Below, in pieces: positions 35,849 through 36,296 of a stretch of DNA of 36,296 bases. Positions within the stretch are counted from its first letter, which is position 1. Each line of letters starts with the position of its first letter. The notes under the pieces are model-generated. The model was not told the DNA's origin. It worked only from the letters and a program-made list of their open reading frames with translations, and did no database searches. The stretch is from Octopus bimaculoides (lineage: Eukaryota). The stretch is taken from assembly GCF_001194135.2 (NCBI RefSeq), contig NC_068982.1, positions 82,418,053 to 82,454,348 on the forward strand, read 5' to 3'. The translations under genes and the position numbers were made by a program.

Positions 35849-35987
35849 TATTGTTCCATGATAGAAAATTTAATGAAAAAAGTATTTCATCTGGTGAGAG
35901 ATAAATATTATTTGTTTAAAGGACCCAATAAATGTCTTTAAGTGCTACTAATAGCTTCAAATGTTGACAAACATCTCAAATATGTGT

Positions 35988-36012
35988 TTATATATATATA
36001 TATATATATATA

Positions 36013-36064
<52 letters not shown>
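35988..36064. repeat. (TA)n(TG)n microsatellite
   Basis: Direct inspection. Confidence 0.96.
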
Positions 36065-36067
<3 letters not shown>

Positions 36068-36296
36068 GCATGTATGCATGTATGTATATATAAGTGTAAA
36101 CATGAAAGTTGTAAACATCGGGACTCCCATTATTATATTGGCCACAGTGATACAAAATTCTTTCGTAGGTTCACAACTAGGAACATTTATAATACACTAC
36201 ACCATCCACCCTAACAACAAATTGATAAAAAACATTATACTGGATATTATATCAAGTACCAGATTTATGTAGATTGGGAGACATAGGTAAATGTAT

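Overview
Eukaryotic, AT-rich, microsatellite-dense draft-assembly window with 11 N-gaps (about 5.0 kb of N). It is most likely an octopus (cephalopod) intronic or intergenic region, inferred from recognisable Octopus-type tRNA-derived SINEs. No intact host protein-coding gene, tRNA, rRNA or CRISPR array is supported. Nearly all ORFs in the supplied track are translations of microsatellites or gaps. The window is a mosaic of decayed mobile elements: three tRNA-derived SINE families; several Penelope-like element (PLE) fragments; two mariner remnants with terminal inverted repeats (TIRs); four fragments of LINEs with a restriction-like endonuclease (REL), two forming an inverted pair; an isolated L1/Tx1-like ORF1; a near-full-length decayed DDE DNA transposon (Sola2-like motifs) with both ends; and a possible solo LTR. 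The most notable signals are RNA-structural. A structurally intact minimal type I hammerhead ribozyme lies at 3631-3700 (+). A second hammerhead-bearing PLE-type repeat family has three locally mutated copies, two forming a ~90-bp-arm palindrome. Several fold-back or inversion junctions sit at retroelement 5' ends. Family assignments rest on manual translation and motif recall, not database searches.
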